NCBI RefSeq assembly: GCF_009914755.1
Contig: NC_060931.1
Source of the DNA: the human T2T-CHM13v2.0 reference genome, Homo sapiens
Direction: 5' to 3' (one strand)
Length of the DNA stretch: 64,000 nt
The number at the start of each line of letters is the position of its first letter. The stretch's first letter is position 1. A model generated the notes under the pieces. It was not told the origin of the DNA, did not search any database, and saw only the letters and a list, made by a program, of their open reading frames with translations. Of this stretch, positions 58,967-64,000 are shown in pieces. The position numbers and the translations under genes are program-made.

Positions 58967-61900
58967 GAATAAAGAATAAAAAATGAAAAGGAAAGAAACA
59001 AAACCCTCGTGAAATATGGGGTTATGTAAAGAGACCAAATGCGTAACTCATTGTTGTCCCTAAAGGAGTTGGGGAGAGTGTAAACAACTTGGAAAACATA
59101 TTTCAGGATATTATACATGAGACTTCCCCCAACCTAGCTAGAGAGGAAAACAGTCAAATTCAGGAAATGCTGAGAACCCCAGCAAAACACTTCACAAGAA
59201 GATCAACCACGAGACATAATCATCAGATTCTCCAAGGTAGAAATGAAAGAAAAAATATTAAAGGCAGCCACAGAGAAAGGACAGCCCAACTACAAAGGGA
59301 AGCCCATCAGACAAACAGAAGATTTCTCAACAGAAATTCTATAATCCAGAAGATATTGGGGGCCCATATTCAACATTCTTAAAGAAATGAAATTCCAGCC
59401 AAGAATTTCATGTCAAGCTGAACTAAGCTTCATAAGAGAAGGACAAATAAGATCCTTTTCAGTTACCAAAATCCAGAGGGAATTCATGACCACCAGACCT
59501 GCCTTACAAGAGCTCCTGAAAGAGACACTAAATATAGAGAGGAAAGACCATTACCAGACACTACAAAAACATTCTTAAGTACATAAACCAGTGACACTAT
59601 AAAGCAACCACACAAACAAGCCTGCAAAATAACCAACTAACAACATGATGACAGGATCAAATCCACACATATCAATACCAACCTTGAATGTAAATGGGCT
59701 AAATGCCTCCAAATAAAAGGCACAGAATGGCCGGCTGGATAAAGAAGAAAAATCCAATAGTATGCTGTTTTCAAGAGACCCATCTCGCATGCAGTGACAA
59801 CGATAGGTTCAAAATAAACGATGGAGAAAATCTGCCAAGCAAATGAAAAACAGAAAAAAAGCAGGAATTGTAAAACTAATTTCAGACAAAACAGACTTTA
59901 AACAAAGTTCAAAATATACAAAGAAGGGCATTACATAATGATAAATGGTTCAGTTCAACAAGAAGAACTAACTATCCTAAATATATATGCACCCAACACA
60001 GGAGCACCTAGATAAATAAAGCACGTTTTTAGAAACCTTCAAAGAGACTTAGACTTCCACACAATAATGGGAGGCCTGAACATGACTTAAATCCAAGAGC
60101 TGTGTTGTTGAAAAAATTAATAACAGAGACTGCTAGCTAGTCTTAATAAAGAAGAGGAAGAGAGCAGATCCAAATAAACACAATTAGAAACAACAAAGAA
60201 CATATTACCACTGACCCCACAGAAATGCAAACAACCATCACAGACTACTATGAACACCTCTATACACACAAACTAGAAAACCTAGAAGAAAAACGTTAAG
60301 TTCCTGGATGCATACACCCTCCCGAGACTGAACCAGGAAGAAATTGAATCCCTGAATAGATCATTAATGAGCTCCAAAATTGAATCAATAATAAATAGCT
60401 TGCCAGCCAATAAAAGCCCAGGACAAGATGCATTCACAGCAAATTTCTACCAGATGTTTGAAGAAGAGCTGTTACCATTCCTACTGAAACTATTCCCAAA
60501 AATTCAGGAGGAGGGACTCTTTCCCAACACATTCCATGAGACCAGCATTATCCTTATAGCCAAACCTGGCAGAGACACAACAAAAAAAGGACACATAAAG
60601 CCAATATCCTTGATGAACATTTATGCAAAAAACCTCAACTGAATACTAGCAAACTGAATGCATGAGCATATCAAAGAGCTAATCCACCATGATCAAATAG
60701 GCTTCATCCCTGGGATGCAAGTTTGGTTCAACATACACAAATCAATAAATGTGATTCATCACAAAAACAGAACTAAAGACAAAACCCACATGATTATCTT
60801 AATAGATGCAAAAAAGGCTTTTGATAAAATAAAATATCCCTTCATGTTAAAAAATTTAAACAAACTAGGTATTGAAGGAACATACTTCAAAATAATAAAA
60901 GCCATCTATGACAAACCTACAGCCAAGATCATACTGAATGGGCAAAAGTTGGAAGCATTCCCTTTGAAAACTGGCACAAGACAAGGATGCTCTCTCTCAC
61001 CAATCCTATTCGACAGAGTATTAGAAGCCCTGGCCAGAGAAATCAGGCAAGAAAAGAGATAAAGGACATTCAAATAGTAAAAGAGGAAATCAAACTATCC
61101 CTGTTTGCAGATGATATGATTCTGTCTCTAGAAAATCTCACAGTCTCTGCTAAAAAGCTCCTTCTGCTTATAAACAACTTCAGCAAAGATTCAAGATACA
61201 ACACCAATGTACAAAAATCAACAGGAAGACTGAGAGCCAAATCAGGAATGCAGTCCCATTCACAATTGCCACAAAAAGCATAAAATACCTAGGCATACAC
61301 CTAACCAGGGAGGCAAAGGATCTCTACAGTAAGAATTACAAAATACTTCTCAAGAAACCAGATATGACACAAACAAATGGAAAAACATTTCATGCTCATG
61401 AATAGCAAAAAATAGAAATTGTAAAAATGGCCATGCTGACCAAAGTAATCTACAGATTCAATGCTGTTACTATCAAACTACCAATACCATTCTTCACAGA
61501 ACCAGAAAAAGTTCTTTCAAATTTATATAGAACCAAAAAAGAACCTGAATATTCCAGGCAATCCTAAGTAAAAAGAACAAAGCAGGAGGCATCATGCTAC
61601 CCAACTTCAAACTATACTACCAAAACAGCTACCAAAACAGCGTAGTACTGTTACAAAAACAGAAACATAGACCAATGGAACAGAATACAGAGCCTAGAAA
61701 TAAGGCCATACATCTACAACTATCTGATCTTTGACAAGCTTGACAAAAACAAGCAATAGGGAAAGGACTCCCTATTCAATAAATGGTGCTGGGATAACAC
61801 ACTAGCCCTATGTGGAAGATTGAAACTGCACCCCTTCATTACACCATACACAAAAATTAACTCAAGATGGATTAAAGACTTAAGTGTAAAACCTAAAACT

Positions 61901-62526
61901 ATAAAAACCCTGGAAGAAAATATAAGCAATACCATTCAGGACATAGGAACGGGCAAAGATTTCATGACGAAGATGCCAAAAGCAATTGCAACAAATGCAA
62001 AAATTGACAAATGGGATCAAATTAAACAAAAGAAGATCTTCTGCATGGCAAAATAAACTATCAACGATTGAACAGAAAACTTACAGAATGGGAAAAACTT
62101 TCTGCAAACTATGCATCTAACAAAGGTCAAATATCCAGCATCTATAAGGAACTTAAACAAATTTACAAGAAAAAAACAAACAACTCCATTAAAAAGTGGG
62201 CAAAGTGATGAACAGACACTCTTCAAAAGAAGACATACATGTGGCCAACAGGCATATAAAAAAGCTCAACATCACTGATCATTAGGGAAATGCAAATCAA
62301 AACCAAAATGAGATACCATGTCATACCAGCCAGAATAGTATTATTAAAAAGTTAAAAAATATCAGATGCTGGTGAGGTTATGGGGAAAAGGAAACACTTA
62401 TACACTGTTGGTGGGAGTGTAAATTGGCTCAACCATCATGGAAAGCAGTATGGCTATTTCTCAAAGAGCTGAAAACAGAATTCCCATTCAACCCAGTAAT
62501 TCCATTACTGGGTATATACCCTAAGG

Positions 62527-62869
62527 CAGCAGTCCCCAAAATTTTTGGCACCAGGGACCTGATTCATGGAAGACAATTACTCCACAGGCAGGGCGGGGGG
62601 TGGCAGGAGTGGATGGTTTTGGGATGACACTTTTCCACCTCAAATCATCAGACATTAGATTCTCATAAGGAGGAGCTCACAACCTAGATCCCTTGCATGC
62701 TCACAATAGGGTTCACAGTCATGAGAATCTAATGCTGCTGCTGATCTGACAGTAGGCAGGGCTCAGATAGTAATGCTCCTTCTCTGCCACTTACCTCCTG
62801 CTGTGCAGCTTGGTTTCTACCAGGCCATGGACTGGTACTGGTTCGTGGCCTAGGGTTTGGGGACTCCTG
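62527..62869 (+). mobile_element. MER1B (hAT-Charlie) nested in L1
   Basis: CAGCAGTCCCCAAAATTTTTGGCACCAGGGACC...TTGGGGACTCCTG; 8-bp TSD CCCTAAGG/GCCTAATG. Confidence 0.92.
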
Positions 62870-63548
62870 GCCTAATGACTATAAATCTTTCTATCATAAA
62901 GATGCATGCACATACACTTCTCCTTATGAGTACTATTTACAATAGGCAAGATATTGAATCGACCTAAATACCTATCAATGGTAGATTAGATAAAGAAAAT
63001 ATGGCATATATACACGATGGAATACTATGTAGTCATAAAAAAAGAATGAGGTCATGTCCTTTGCAGGAACATGGATGAAGTCAGAGACCATTATTCTTAG
63101 CAAACTAACACAGGAATATAAAACCAAATACCACATGTTCTCATTTCTAAGTGGGAGCTAAATGATAAAAGCACATGGACACGAAGAAGGGTACAACAGA
63201 CTTTGGGCCTAAAAATTGAGAATGGAGGATGGGAGGACAGAGAGGAGCAGAAAAAAATAACTATTGAGTACTAGGCTTAGTACCTGGGTCATGAAATAAT
63301 CTGTACCACAAACCCCTGTGACATGAGGTTACCTATATAACAAACCTGCTTTGTACCTCTGAACCTAAAAGTTTAAAAAGAAAAAAACAATAATAACCAA
63401 CATTTTAATGTAAACATTTTCAGTCTCACACTGAAAGTGTTTGAGTGAAACAAAACATTTTCCTTTAAAACAAAAACATTTAAAACATTTCATTTCATTT
63501 AAAATATTTTTGTATAAAAACAAAAAATAATCAGATTTAATTTTGAGT

Positions 63549-63679
63549 TATTTATTTATTTATTTTTATTTATTTTTTTGAGATGCAACCGTGTTGGCTA
63601 GGCGGGTCTTGAATGGCCTCAAGAAATTCTCGGCCTCCTGATTAGCTGGGGCTTCAGGCACGTGCTACCACACCCAGGC
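63549..63679 (-). mobile_element. Diverged Alu monomer (FLAM-like)
   Basis: T-rich tail, then GAGATG..GGTCTTGAA..CCTCAAG..GCCTCCTGATTAGCTGGG..CCACACCCAGGC. Confidence 0.7.
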
Positions 63680-64000
63680 TCATAAGTAAACTTTCTCAAT
63701 AGTGAAATTAGGCCACTTCTCAGAGAATATGTATCAACTATTTATATTGCCACAAACTCAGAATTAGAGTTAAAAGGGCAGAATTTAGTGCTAGAAAAAT
63801 CTGTAGGTGTTATCAGAGTAATGTATTTTAAAAGTTAATTTTCTAAATAAATAGTGTTTGCATCTTTCTTGATAGAAATTCACACAATTTCAGTGATGGT
63901 CTTAAAGGTACTTAGGGCTTATTATATTATTTATCCTTATACTACATGTTCTCAGGTTATCTTAAACATTTTTTAGCTCCTCTGCTGATAGCATTTGGTC

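Larger units (their letters stand above)
58116..63385 (+). mobile_element. L1PA13-like forward body with nested L1PA3/4 and MER1B and an internal deletion
   Basis: ORF1/ORF2 fragments (59089..59578, 60367..61283); 3' UTR AATAACTATTGAGTACTAGGCTTAGTACCTGGG..AAACCCCTGTGACATGAG. Confidence 0.9.

Overview
This is AT-rich primate (human-like) genomic DNA. I can support no host protein-coding gene, tRNA or rRNA. About half of the window is LINE-1. There are four large primate L1 insertions (L1PA4/5-like 4764-9036, full-length L1PA7-like 22458-29770, L1PA15/16-like 48411-53410, L1PA13-like 57905-63385), a short nested L1PA3/4 3' end, and several older L1M, L2 and MIR remnants. Also present are LTR elements (MER67, THE1A, MER11D, MLT1J-like, and a two-LTR MLT1 MaLR provirus at 54308-56736), Alus/FAM/FLAM, hAT DNA transposons (MER5A, MER63, MER58, MER91, MER33, MER1B) and microsatellites. 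Every long ORF in the track is a broken L1 ORF1/ORF2 piece or an antisense reading of a repeat. I found no convincing new biological system. The most interesting signals are structural: three 5'-inverted (twin-primed) L1s; a full-length L1PA7 with only its first ~120 bp flipped, which keeps an intact ORF0-like frame; a cluster of fold-back/templated-insertion scars in the L1PA15/16 copy; and an ancient MaLR retaining both LTRs. Subfamily names come from recalled consensus motifs, not from a search, and boundaries of old repeats are approximate.
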